Below, in pieces: positions 47,747 through 59,873 of a stretch of DNA of 64,000 bases. The stretch's first letter is position 1. Each line of letters starts with the position of its first letter. Both the position numbers and the translations under genes were made by a program. Below the pieces are notes generated by a model. The model saw only the letters and a program-made list of their open reading frames with translations. It did no database searches and had not been told where the DNA came from. Origin of the DNA: Alphaproteobacteria bacterium (GTDB lineage Bacteria > Pseudomonadota > Alphaproteobacteria > UBA11222); the NCBI GenBank assembly GCA_038318895.1, contig JBBQCS010000005.1:14403-78402 (forward strand), written 5' to 3'.

Positions 47747-48901
47747 ATGTTCTTCAAAGGGATCATTTCCGCTGACAGCCATATTGTCGAGCCGCCAAAT
47801 TGCTATGTGGATTTCATCGAGCCGAAATATCGCGCCGACGCGCCGCATGTGGTGCGCCAGCCGAACGGCAAGGACATCTACGTGATCAAGGATTTGAAGC
47901 AGAGTGTGCCATTGGGGCTGCTTGATAGCGCCGGCATGAAGCCTGCCGCCCGCAAGCACCATGCGGACACCACCAAGTTTGAGGAAACCCGCGCGGGCGG
48001 CTACAACGCCAAGGCCCGCTTGGTGGACATGGACCTTGAAGGCACCGCCGCTGAAATCATCTATGCCTCGGTTGGCATGGTGCTGTGCACGCATCCCGAT
48101 CCGGCCTACAAGGATGCGGCCATGCAGGCCTATAACCGCTGGCTGCAGACTTTTTGCGCGGACGCGCCCGATCGTTTGTTTGGTCTGGCGCAGACCGCGA
48201 TTCTGTCCGTCGATAGCGCCATCGAGGATTTCCGTCGTGCCAAGGAAATGGGCATGGTCGGCATGATGATGCCGGGCAATCCAGTGCATGGTGATTATGA
48301 CCGTCCGGAATATGATGCTCTGTGGGAATGCGCGACCGATCTTGACCTGCCGATCTGCTTTCATATTCTGACTGCCAAGGAAGGCGATCTGTCGTCGGTC
48401 TTTGCAGGCGGGCGCGGTCATAAGTTGAATGGCGGCATGAAAATCCTCCGCGCGATACAGGATATTGCGGGTATGATGGTGCTTGGCGGTGTGTTTGAGC
48501 GCCATCCGAAACTGAAACTGGTGACTGCCGAGGGCGATGCGGGCTGGATGCCGCATTATATGCGCCGTATGGATCATACGGCGTTCCGGGAAAACGAGGA
48601 CGGCATCATCAAGGGTCTGAGCAAATTGCCCAGCGACTATATCAGGTCCAACGTCTTCATGACCTTTCAGGATGATTATATGGCGTGGCGCAACATAGAT
48701 TATATGAACTATAAACAGCTTTTGTGGGCCAACGATTATCCTCATTCAGATTCGACCTGGCCAAACTCTCAGGCCCTGCTGGCCAACCATGCCAGCGGCG
48801 TAGCGCCCGAAAAGCTGCGCGCCATCCTGCGCGAAAACACCGCAGAAATTTTTAACCTGCCGCTCGACAAAATCCCGGCCATGCAGATGGCGGCGGAATA
48901 A
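47747..48901 (+). CDS. Amidohydrolase family protein (paralog B)
   Basis: ISADSHIVEPP, FHI, EGDAGW, WANDYPH. Confidence 0.9.
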   Translation: MFFKGIISADSHIVEPPNCYVDFIEPKYRADAPHVVRQPNGKDIYVIKDLKQSVPLGLLDSAGMKPAARKHHADTTKFEETRAGGYNAKARLVDMDLEGTAAEIIYASVGMVLCTHPDPAYKDAAMQAYNRWLQTFCADAPDRLFGLAQTAILSVDSAIEDFRRAKEMGMVGMMMPGNPVHGDYDRPEYDALWECATDLDLPICFHILTAKEGDLSSVFAGGRGHKLNGGMKILRAIQDIAGMMVLGGVFERHPKLKLVTAEGDAGWMPHYMRRMDHTAFRENEDGIIKGLSKLPSDYIRSNVFMTFQDDYMAWRNIDYMNYKQLLWANDYPHSDSTWPNSQALLANHASGVAPEKLRAILRENTAEIFNLPLDKIPAMQMAAE

Positions 48902-48919
48902 GGGTTAACATTTCTTGTG

Positions 48920-48947
48920 AAAGGGCCTGGCGTCGTCCGGGCCCTTT
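48920..48947 (+). terminator. Intrinsic terminator
   Basis: AAAGGGCCTGG-CGTCGT-CCGGGCCCTTT then TT. Confidence 0.75.
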
Positions 48948-49013
48948 TTCGTTCGGGCGTCCTGTAACCGGCGTCACGAAGAAATTCCTTCATTGGACAC
49001 GGGAAATACGTCT

Positions 49014-49032
49014 ATAATTATGATCACAGATT
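49014..49032 (+). promoter_or_regulatory. Shared -10/operator motif, copy 3
   Basis: (T)ATAATTATGATCACAGATT, identical to copy 2. Confidence 0.72.
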
Positions 49033-49072
49033 CAAATCCGGAAAAACCATCCAACAAGCCAGGGAGCGTATC

Positions 49073-50227
49073 ATGTTCTTCAAAGGAGTCATTTCCGCCG
49101 ACAGTCACATTGTCGAGCCGCCTAACTGTTATGTAGACTTCATTGATCCGAAATTCCGCGAGGATGCGCCGCGTGTCGAGCGTTTGCCGAACGGCAATGA
49201 CACTTACGTCATCAAGGATATGAAAAGAACCATCCCGATGGGCTTTCTGGATGGCGCAGGCATGAAGGTCGCCGAGCGCAAGAAACACGCTGAAAACATC
49301 AAGTTCGACGATATCCGCGTGGGCGGATATGACGCCAAGGCGCGGCTGGCGGATATGGATATTGAAGGCACGGCCGCTGAAATCATTTACGCCTCGGTCG
49401 GCATGGTGCTGTGCACCCATCCCGATCCGATATACAAGGGCGCCGCGATGCAGGCCTATAACCGCTGGCTGCAAAGCTTTTGCGAAGGTGCGCCCAACCG
49501 GCTGTTCGGGCTGGCCATGACGCCGATTCTCACGGTCGATAGCGCCATTGCGGATTTTCGCCGCGCCAAGGAAATGGGCATGGTGGGCATTATGATGCCC
49601 GGCAATCCGGCTGAGGGCGAATATGACCAGCCGCAATATGACGCATTGTGGGAATGCGCGGTCGATCTGGATCTGCCGATCTGCTTCCACATTCTGACCG
49701 CTAAGGGCGATGGCGTGGATGAAGCGCTGCGGGGAAAACGCGGCCATCCGCTCAACGGTTTCATGGGCATCATCCGCGCGGTGCAGGACATTATGGGCAT
49801 GATGGTTCTGGGCGGTGTGTTTGAGCGCCATCCGAAGCTGAAGCTGGTGACTGCCGAAGGCGACGCGGGCTGGATGCCGCATTATATGTACCGCATGGAC
49901 CATGCCGCGTACACGGCCGCTGACGATGGCATCATCAAGGGGCTGAGTAAACATCCCAGCGAATATATAAAATCCAACGTCTATATGACGTTCCAGGACG
50001 ATTATACCGCGTTCCGCAACGCCAACGAGGAAAACTATAAACAGCTCTTGTGGGCCAATGATTATCCGCATACGGATTCAACCTGGCCGAACTCGCAGGC
50101 CTTGCTGGCGAAACACGCCAGCAAGCTGCCCGCGCATCAAATCCAGGCAATCCTGCGCGAAAACACCGCGAGGCTGTTCAATCTGCCGCTCGACAAAATT
50201 CCTGCCATGCAGATGGCGGCTGAATAG
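49073..50227 (+). CDS. Amidohydrolase family protein (paralog C)
   Basis: Same motifs as paralog B; identical C-terminal LPLDKIPAMQMAAE. Confidence 0.9.
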   Translation: MFFKGVISADSHIVEPPNCYVDFIDPKFREDAPRVERLPNGNDTYVIKDMKRTIPMGFLDGAGMKVAERKKHAENIKFDDIRVGGYDAKARLADMDIEGTAAEIIYASVGMVLCTHPDPIYKGAAMQAYNRWLQSFCEGAPNRLFGLAMTPILTVDSAIADFRRAKEMGMVGIMMPGNPAEGEYDQPQYDALWECAVDLDLPICFHILTAKGDGVDEALRGKRGHPLNGFMGIIRAVQDIMGMMVLGGVFERHPKLKLVTAEGDAGWMPHYMYRMDHAAYTAADDGIIKGLSKHPSEYIKSNVYMTFQDDYTAFRNANEENYKQLLWANDYPHTDSTWPNSQALLAKHASKLPAHQIQAILRENTARLFNLPLDKIPAMQMAAE

Positions 50228-50233
50228 ACGCCT

Positions 50234-50842
50234 TTGCCGCCGGATTTTCTACGCGAGCAGGAACTGTACGAAATCAGCCCCGGCGGTATCATTGCCGGGG
50301 TTGACGAAGCCGGGCGCGGCCCGTGGGCAGGCCCGGTAATTGCCGCTGCAGTGATCCTTGATCCGCGCGGCATCCCGCCCGGCCTTGACGATTCAAAAAA
50401 GCTTTCCGCGCTAAAACGCGAGGCGCTGTATGCGCAGTTGCAGACATGCGCCCGCATTGGCGTCGGGCAGGCCAGCGTCGCGGAAATTGACACACAAAAT
50501 ATTCTTAACGCCAGCCTGCTGGCGATGACGCGGGCAGTATCGGCCCTGCCGGCAACGCCATCCCTGGTGCTGGTTGACGGCAACCGTGCTCCCATTCTTG
50601 CCTGCAAATCAGAAACGCTGATAGGGGGTGACGCACGCAGCCTTTCCATTGCCGCAGCGTCTATTATCGCCAAGGTATCGCGCGACCGCATTATGGGTGT
50701 TCTGGACACGGAATTTCCGGGTTACGGATGGAAAACCAATCAGGGATACGGAACCGGGGCGCATAGAGACGCCTTGTCCCGCCTTGGCGTAACACCACAT
50801 CATAGGCGCAGCTTTAAGCCGGTATACAAGATGTTGTGCGAA

Positions 50843-50863
<21 letters not shown>
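50234..50863 (+). CDS. rnhB: Ribonuclease HII
   Basis: [36 protein letters not shown]. Confidence 0.95.
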
Positions 50864-52843
<1,980 letters not shown>

Positions 52844-52937
52844 GCGGTCATTTTTTTCCCTGTGCTGCCGCGGATTTAGCGTTCGCCCCGCCACCGACGC
52901 ATTATTGCGAGTATAGCGCAACGTCGTGGCAATGACG

Positions 52938-53987
52938 TCACGGATGTTGACTTTGCACATGGGCCGCCACTTTGCGCATCACCGCCGGTAACGCGAAGTC
53001 ATGAAATGACTCTGGCTTTACCCATATGCCGTCAACGGATGACATGCAGGAGCAGGCGCCGGTATAAACTGCCAGTTCCAGTTTGAAATGCGTAAAGACA
53101 TGGCGCACCGCGCCCGGCAGCGCGCGCCAATTGCAGGCCGCCGGCATATGCTGCGCAATATCTTCTATTTCATCGCGCCACGGTGTGCCGGGAAATTCCA
53201 TCATGCCGCCGAGCAGGCCCCGTTCCGGGCGCCGGCGCAGCAGTACTGCGCCATCCTCGCGGACCAGCCAGAACACCGCGCCAACGCGGGTTGGACTTTG
53301 TCGTCTCGCTGGCTTGACCGGCAATGATTCTGCGCAGTTCAGCGCATTGGCCATACACGGTTTTCGCCACGCGCAGTGCGTGCAATCGGGTCCGCGCGGC
53401 GTACAGACTGCCGCGCCCAAATCCATCATGGCTTGCGCCATGTCGCCAGGCCGCGCGCAATCAATCAGCGCCAGACTGAGGTTGCGCAATTCCGGCTTGC
53501 TGCCGGGCAGGGGTGCCGTCACCCGATACAGGCGCGACAGGACACGTTCAATATTTCCATCCAGCACAGGGCCGGCCCTGTTAAAGGCAATGGCCGAAAT
53601 GGCGGAGGCTGTATAGGGGCCGATACCGGGTAACTTTTGCAGCGCGGCCAGATCGCATGGAAACTCCCCGGCCATCTCAGAACTGATGATTTGCGCGCAG
53701 CGGTGCAGATTTCGGGCGCGCGCGTAATAGCCAAGCCCGGCCCATGCCGTCAGCACGTCGTCCAGTTCCGCTTTGGCCAATGTATGCACTGTTGGCCAGC
53801 GCGTGATGAACTTGTTGAAATAGGAAATTACCGTGGCGGTGCCGGTTTGCTGCAGCATGATTTCGCTGAGCCAGACGCGGTAGGGATCGGCCGTTTCGCC
53901 AGGCAATGCGCGCCATGGAAATGCCCGGCGGTTGCGATCATACCAGTCCAGCAAAAGCCTGGAAAGCTGACGTGCATTGTATCGCAC
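52938..53987 (-). CDS. mutY: A/G-specific adenine glycosylase MutY
   Basis: SEIMLQQT, GLGYYARARN, LPGIGPYTA, C-x6-C-x2-C-x5-C. Confidence 0.95.
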   Translation of the reverse strand: MRYNARQLSRLLLDWYDRNRRAFPWRALPGETADPYRVWLSEIMLQQTGTATVISYFNKFITRWPTVHTLAKAELDDVLTAWAGLGYYARARNLHRCAQIISSEMAGEFPCDLAALQKLPGIGPYTASAISAIAFNRAGPVLDGNIERVLSRLYRVTAPLPGSKPELRNLSLALIDCARPGDMAQAMMDLGAAVCTPRGPDCTHCAWRKPCMANALNCAESLPVKPARRQSPTRVGAVFWLVREDGAVLLRRRPERGLLGGMMEFPGTPWRDEIEDIAQHMPAACNWRALPGAVRHVFTHFKLELAVYTGACSCMSSVDGIWVKPESFHDFALPAVMRKVAAHVQSQHP

Positions 53988-53997
53988 TTTTTTTGCT

Positions 53998-54891
53998 TCA
54001 CGTTGGTATGGGTTGGAATATGACGTTGATAAAAGTCATATGGCTGGGCAGATTATCGGCCTGCAACTCAGTCCCGGCCCTGGCTGCTTCAAGTGCGTGA
54101 CAGCGATAGCCCTGTTCCGCCATCCAGCGCACATAGTCCCCGGCCGACAATCCTGAAATTTTCGGCAGCAGCGAAAAATTCATTTCAGATAAAATGATGG
54201 GGCGCGATTGCGCCAGGGTCTTTGATGCGCCGCGCAACGCCAATCCCTCTGCGCCTTCGATATCCATCTTGATCACGTCCACCTTACGATCGCCGACAAT
54301 ACTGTCCAGGGTCTTGACCTCAACATCTTCCACCCGAAATCCGAAATCGTGAAATTCCTGCTGGATTTCCCTGGTAGGCAAGCTCCAGGTGCCGCCGGGG
54401 TTTCCAGCGCTGTTGTCCCACCCGATGCTAAAGCGCCCGGCCTGGGTTCCAACCGCGCAATGATGCACCTCCGAGCGATCGGAAAATCCATTGTCTTGTA
54501 GCGACCGGGCCAGAAAGCGCCCCGTTTGGGCGCGGGGCTCGATGGCGATTACGCGGCCGCTCGGGCCTGCATTGCGGGCGGCCTGTACTGCGAACCATCC
54601 TATATTGGCGCCAATATCGACAAAGGTGTGACCTTCCTTCACGGTATTCAGAATGAAGGTGGTTTCGTCTCCCTCATACATGCCGGCAAGACATCCCAGG
54701 GAAACACCGCTGTCCCCCAGATCTATCCACAGCTTCAAGCCGCTGGGCAGTTCAAACATGGCCCACGTTTCGGGCGGGAAGGCAGGCGCCGCGGGGGCCG
54801 TTGCGCCGGTAAGCCAGGATCGCCGCACCAGTTGCGCATCAAAAAATTTGAGAACGTTGTCATTCAACAGGGTAAAGAGAGGGTTTGACAC
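53998..54891 (-). CDS. FkbM family methyltransferase
   Basis: FVDIGANIG, IEP, KMDIEGAE. Confidence 0.9.
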   Translation of the reverse strand: MSNPLFTLLNDNVLKFFDAQLVRRSWLTGATAPAAPAFPPETWAMFELPSGLKLWIDLGDSGVSLGCLAGMYEGDETTFILNTVKEGHTFVDIGANIGWFAVQAARNAGPSGRVIAIEPRAQTGRFLARSLQDNGFSDRSEVHHCAVGTQAGRFSIGWDNSAGNPGGTWSLPTREIQQEFHDFGFRVEDVEVKTLDSIVGDRKVDVIKMDIEGAEGLALRGASKTLAQSRPIILSEMNFSLLPKISGLSAGDYVRWMAEQGYRCHALEAARAGTELQADNLPSHMTFINVIFQPIPT

Positions 54892-55005
54892 GAAAAATCC
54901 TTTGCAATGAGACTAAGACGAAGAGTAAAGATCTGGCAGTTGGACCATAATAAAGGCACATTTCGCTGTCTGAGTAAGCAGTGTAATTACCAGTAGTGAG
55001 ACCTA

Positions 55006-55512
55006 ATGGCTGACGGCATAAAACGCAACAAGCCAGCGGTGCGCCGGTATGGGCTGCGCCATCTGGCCAAGGCGGCGGATGCGATAACGCGGCCCGCTTT
55101 CGGGCGGCGTGGTTTTGCTCTTGGCGCGCTGTTAACCCATTGGCCGCAGATTGCCGGTGAAAGGCTTAGCGATTCCTGTCAGCCGGAAAAGCTGCATTTC
55201 GCCCAGGGCAAGGGTGATAATGGCACTTTATGGGTTCGCGTTGATGGGGCTGCGGCGCTTGAATTTCAGCATATGCAGCCGGTTCTGATCGCGCGGATAA
55301 ACGCCCAATGCGGATTTCGTGCGGTGGCCGCCTTGCGCATTGTCCAGGGGCCTGTTGCTGCGCGTCCGGCCCCCGCGGCGGCGCCCCGGCCCCTGCGGCC
55401 GACGGAAAAGCAGGCAGTGTTGCGCGAAGTGGCGCAAATTGCTAACCCGGAACTGCGCGCTGCGCTTGAACGGCTGGGCAGCGGTATCCAGCGTCGTAAA
55501 AAACCTTGTTGA
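55006..55512 (+). CDS. dciA: DUF721/DciA family protein
   Basis: WPQIAG, GTLWVRV, EFQH...LIARIN; conserved position divergent from mutY, ahead of dsbA-smc. Confidence 0.8.
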   Translation: MADGIKRNKPAVRRYGLRHLAKAADAITRPAFGRRGFALGALLTHWPQIAGERLSDSCQPEKLHFAQGKGDNGTLWVRVDGAAALEFQHMQPVLIARINAQCGFRAVAALRIVQGPVAARPAPAAAPRPLRPTEKQAVLREVAQIANPELRAALERLGSGIQRRKKPC

Positions 55513-55564
55513 GTCCACTCAAAGGCTCGTATAATCCACTAGATGTTGTAGCGGGAGATCAGTT

Positions 55565-56224
55565 TTGCGCAATTTACCACGATATTTTGTAGGTGTTTTA
55601 GGGTTTCTCGTGCTGGCTGGCTGGCTGGCCATTGGCGTTCTCGGCGGCCTGGGCACGGTATCGGCCGAAGAACCGGTTGCCGCAGCCACCGAATCGGGCG
55701 CCTTTACCGGTGAAATTGTGCTTGGCAAAGCTGACGCACCGGTGACGATCATTGAATATGCTTCCATGACCTGCCCGCACTGCGCCAATTTTCACCTGAA
55801 AATCCTGCCCGTGCTGAAGGAAAAGTATATCGACACGGGTAAGGTAAAGCTGGCGTTCCGGGAATTCCCGCTGGACGGGGTGGCGTTGCGCGCTTCCATG
55901 CTGGCGCGCTGTGGCGGCGAGACGAAAGTCTACCCGTTCATTGATATTCTGTTCACGCAACAGATGGACTGGGCTGGATCAGAGGATCCTATCGGCGCAC
56001 TGAACAGGATCGCCAAGCTTGGGGGCATGAGCCAAAGCAAATTTGAGGCATGCCTGGCCGATGAAACACTGATGAAGCAGCTCGTCCAAAGCCGGCAGGA
56101 CGGTGCGGACAAGTACGACATCAAGGGTACACCCAGCTTCATCATCGACGGTAAGACCTATGATGGCGATACCGATATCGAAGACTTCGACAGACTGCTA
56201 CGGCCCCTGCTGCCGGACGCTTGA
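55565..56224 (+). CDS. DsbA family thiol-disulfide protein
   Basis: EYASMTCPHC, FREFPLD, GTPSF. Confidence 0.92.
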   Translation: MRNLPRYFVGVLGFLVLAGWLAIGVLGGLGTVSAEEPVAAATESGAFTGEIVLGKADAPVTIIEYASMTCPHCANFHLKILPVLKEKYIDTGKVKLAFREFPLDGVALRASMLARCGGETKVYPFIDILFTQQMDWAGSEDPIGALNRIAKLGGMSQSKFEACLADETLMKQLVQSRQDGADKYDIKGTPSFIIDGKTYDGDTDIEDFDRLLRPLLPDA

Positions 56225-56250
56225 TTCAAATTATAAACTAGGAGCATCGT

Positions 56251-59200
56251 GTGCAGTTTACCCGGCTTCGCCTATCCGGATTCAAAAGCTTCGTCGAACC
56301 TGCAGAACTGCGAATCGAACCTGGTCTGACGGGTATTGTCGGGCCCAATGGTTGTGGTAAATCCAACCTGGTGGAGGCGTTGGGCTGGGTTATGGGCGAA
56401 GGCTCGGCCAAGCAGATGCGCGCCAGCGGCATGGATAACGTAATTTTTGCAGGCACCTCCGGACGCCCGGCCCGCAACATGGCCGAAGTGGGCTTGGTCA
56501 TCGAGAATAGCGGGCGCACCGCGCCAGCGCATTTTAATGACGAAGAGCAACTCGAAATCACGCGCCGTATTGAACGTGAAGCAGGCTCCATATACCGAAT
56601 CAATGGACGCGACGCCCGGGCGCGCGATGTGTCGCTGTTTTTTGCCGATGCCGCCAGCGGGCCGCGTTCTACTGCAATTGTGCGTCAGGGCCGCATCGGC
56701 GCGCTGATCAATGCAAAACCCAAGGAACGCCGCGCTATTCTGGAAGAGGCCGCAGGCATCGGCGGTCTGCATTCCCGCCGGCATGAGGCAGAGCTCCGGT
56801 TGCGCGCCGCGGAAACCAATCTGACCCGTCTGGACGACATCATGGCGCAGCTTGAAACGCAGATTGCCGCATTGAAGCGTCAGGCGCGGCAGGCCTCACG
56901 TTATCGCAACCTGTCGGAACATATTCGTCACGGCGAAGCCCTGCTTTTCCATCTGCGCTGGCAGGAGACCGTATTTGCGGTGTCGCAGGCGACTGAATTG
57001 CTGGAACAGGCTGAAGTCCGGGTTGCCGACGCCACCCGCGACGCGGCCACCGCGTCGACGGCGCAACTGGAGGCCGCGGAGGCCGTACCGCCGTTGCGTC
57101 AAACCGAAGCCACCGCCGCCGCCGCCCTGCATCGGCTGTCGGTTGCCCGCGATAGTCTGGAGGCAGAAGGCGCGCGTATCGCGCAACAGACCGCGCGCAG
57201 TGAAAGCAATCTGTCCCAATTGCAGCTGGATCAGACCCGCGAAGCGGCGCATATAAGCGATTCAGACCACGCGTTACAACAGCTTGAGCAGGAGCGTCAG
57301 GAACTGGAAGCCGCCCATGCGAAACAGCATGGCCAGGGCGACGCCCTGCGTGAACAGGTTGCGCAGGCCGCCGCAATATTAAAGACAAGCGAAGCGGCGT
57401 TGGATGCAGCCATGCGTCGTCTCGCGGATCTGACTGCGCAACGCGAAAGCCTGACCCGGGAGGCAACCCAAACCCGTCAGCGCTTTGACCGGCTTACCCA
57501 GCAATTAGGCGCGGTTACGCAGGAACGCGCCCAGTTGCAGTCTGAAATGCCGGCGGCGCCGCAGATGGCGGAAATCGAACAGTTTACTCTTGAGGCGCGT
57601 CAGGCGGTGACCGCCGCCCGCGAGGCCGTAAGCGCTGCCGAAGCGCACCGCGAGGAAACACAAAAGACAGAGGCCGCCGCGCGCGAAGTTTTTCAGTCCG
57701 CGCGCACCGTAACCGACCGGCTGGCGGCGGAAGAAAAGGCCCTGACCGATCTGCTGAATGATCGCGGCGGGGATCTGTGGCCGCCGCTGGTGGATGCGCT
57801 GCGGGTGACGCCGGGTTATGAAACGGCGCTGGGGGCCGCGCTTGGGGATGATCTGGAATATCCCAGTGATGATTCGGCCCCTGTGCATTGGGCAATGCTG
57901 GCCGGGGACGGGCCACTGCCCGCGCTGCCGGAAGGCGCAGAGCCGCTGGATCGCTACGTTACCGGAGCGCCCGCCCTGGCGCGCCGTCTGTCACAAATTG
58001 GTGTGGTGGACGGGGCCGATGGGATTTTCCTGCGCGGGCAACTCAAACCCGGTCAACGGCTGGTCAGCCGGGAAGGTGCGCTGTGGCGCTGGGACGGGCT
58101 TACTGCTGCGGCTGATGCACCGGCTGCCGCCGCCAAACGGCTTGAAATGCGTAACCGGCTGGCGGATGTAACATTGCGCCGCCAGGATGCCGAAGCCCAA
58201 ATGCAAACCGTCCGCGAAAGTTTTGAACAGGCGACGAACGCCGCCGCCACTGCGCGCAGCGGGGAAGCGGACTGCCGCCGTTATGTCCGGCAAAAGGAAG
58301 AAGCACTTTCCCAGGCGCTGGACGCACAGGCCAAAGCCGAACGTGCAACGCTAAACCGCACCGCGCGGCTTGCGGCCCTGGTGGAAGCACAGACCCGTAT
58401 CGAAAGCGAATGTGCCGAAGCCGATAGCCATTTGAAGCAAACCGAACAGGCGCACGGGGGGCTGGAACCCGAAGAACAGCCCCGTGCGGTGGTTGCCGGG
58501 TTGCGTAACGAGGTTGAACTGGCCCGTTCCGCGTTACGTCAGGCGCATGGCGCGCAGGACGCTTTTGCCCGGGAAACCAGCGCCCGTGCGCAGCGTCTTG
58601 AGGTCATTAAGCGGGATCATGCCGGATGGGCCGCGCGCAAACAGGGGGCGGCACAGCAGTTGGAAGTGCTGGCCGGACGGGCCGCCGAACTGAATGCGGA
58701 GCTGGAAAATCTGCGCGCCCAGCCAGGCGAAATCGCCCTGCGTATGGAAGCGCTGCTGAGTGAAATCGCCGCAGCATCGCTGCGCCGTGACGAGGCCGCC
58801 AGCGCCCTGGCCGCAGCCGAAGCATTGCTGAGCGCGCGCGACAAGGCGGCGCGTGCAAGCCAGGAGCATCTGGGTGAAATGCGCGAAGCGCGCGCGCGCG
58901 CTGATGCGGCGGCCAGCGCCACCCTGGAACGTGCGCAGGATCTGGCGGGGCAAATTCGCGAGCGGCTGGAATGCGCACCAGAAGAATGTCTGCGCCTGGC
59001 CAATCTGGAAGAAGACGCTGTTCTGCCCGACGTGGATACGGTTGAACGCAATCTTGCGCGCTTTAAGCGCGAACGCGAAAATATGGGCGCGGTTAATCTG
59101 CGCGCAGAAGAAGAATCGCGCGAACTGAACGACCGCCTGGAAGGCATGACCCGCGAGCGCGCCGATCTGGAAGCGGCCATCGCGCGCCTGCGCCAGGCCA

Positions 59201-59709
59201 TCGGCAGCCTGAACCGCGAGGGCCGCGAACGGCTGCTGGCGGCCTTTACCACGGTCAACGAACATTTCTCGCGCCTGTTTGTGCATCTGTTTGGCGGCGG
59301 CAGCGCGCGGCTCGAATTGGTCGAATCCGATGATCCGCTGGAAGCGGGCCTGGAAATTCTCGCCAGCCCGCCGGGCAAGCGTCTGCAATCCATGGGTCTG
59401 ATGTCCGGCGGCGAACAGGCGTTGACGGCGATGGCGCTGATCTTTGCGGTATTCCTGACCAACCCGTCGCCGCTGTGCGTATTGGACGAAGTCGATGCGC
59501 CGCTGGATGACGCCAATGTGGAGCGTTTCTGCAACCTGCTCGATGAAATGACCCGCTCTACCGAAACCCGCTTTCTGGTCATTACCCATAATGGGGTGAC
59601 CATGTCGCGCATGGACCGGCTGTTTGGCGTAACCATGGCGGAACGCGGCGTTAGCCAGCTGGTTTCCGTCGATCTGGAACGCGCCGAGAAGCTGCGCGCG
59701 GTGGGATGA
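56251..59709 (+). CDS. smc: Chromosome segregation protein SMC
   Basis: GPNGCGKSN, coiled coils, hinge, MSGGE, LDEVDAPLD. Confidence 0.96.
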   Translation: MQFTRLRLSGFKSFVEPAELRIEPGLTGIVGPNGCGKSNLVEALGWVMGEGSAKQMRASGMDNVIFAGTSGRPARNMAEVGLVIENSGRTAPAHFNDEEQLEITRRIEREAGSIYRINGRDARARDVSLFFADAASGPRSTAIVRQGRIGALINAKPKERRAILEEAAGIGGLHSRRHEAELRLRAAETNLTRLDDIMAQLETQIAALKRQARQASRYRNLSEHIRHGEALLFHLRWQETVFAVSQATELLEQAEVRVADATRDAATASTAQLEAAEAVPPLRQTEATAAAALHRLSVARDSLEAEGARIAQQTARSESNLSQLQLDQTREAAHISDSDHALQQLEQERQELEAAHAKQHGQGDALREQVAQAAAILKTSEAALDAAMRRLADLTAQRESLTREATQTRQRFDRLTQQLGAVTQERAQLQSEMPAAPQMAEIEQFTLEARQAVTAAREAVSAAEAHREETQKTEAAAREVFQSARTVTDRLAAEEKALTDLLNDRGGDLWPPLVDALRVTPGYETALGAALGDDLEYPSDDSAPVHWAMLAGDGPLPALPEGAEPLDRYVTGAPALARRLSQIGVVDGADGIFLRGQLKPGQRLVSREGALWRWDGLTAAADAPAAAAKRLEMRNRLADVTLRRQDAEAQMQTVRESFEQATNAAATARSGEADCRRYVRQKEEALSQALDAQAKAERATLNRTARLAALVEAQTRIESECAEADSHLKQTEQAHGGLEPEEQPRAVVAGLRNEVELARSALRQAHGAQDAFARETSARAQRLEVIKRDHAGWAARKQGAAQQLEVLAGRAAELNAELENLRAQPGEIALRMEALLSEIAAASLRRDEAASALAAAEALLSARDKAARASQEHLGEMREARARADAAASATLERAQDLAGQIRERLECAPEECLRLANLEEDAVLPDVDTVERNLARFKRERENMGAVNLRAEEESRELNDRLEGMTRERADLEAAIARLRQAIGSLNREGRERLLAAFTTVNEHFSRLFVHLFGGGSARLELVESDDPLEAGLEILASPPGKRLQSMGLMSGGEQALTAMALIFAVFLTNPSPLCVLDEVDAPLDDANVERFCNLLDEMTRSTETRFLVITHNGVTMSRMDRLFGVTMAERGVSQLVSVDLERAEKLRAVG

Positions 59710-59873
59710 GGCGGACGGAATTAGTTTCAGGTTTCGCAAGCAACAGGTCAGCGTCTCACTTTATGTCCCGGAATAAAATGGTACATCCTGTTTCATTACC
59801 CATTATAAGGGGCAGACCCCAGATACGCGTTTGATGTTCCGCGCCAGCGCCGTACCAATTTCAGACGCCTATT

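Noticed and set aside
47717-50071. 342-aa and 365-aa minus-strand ORFs that resemble each other
   Set aside because: The similarity only mirrors the paralogous sense-strand amidohydrolases
59398-59420. SMC signature MSGGE instead of LSGGE
   Set aside because: Conservative substitution; other ATPase motifs are intact
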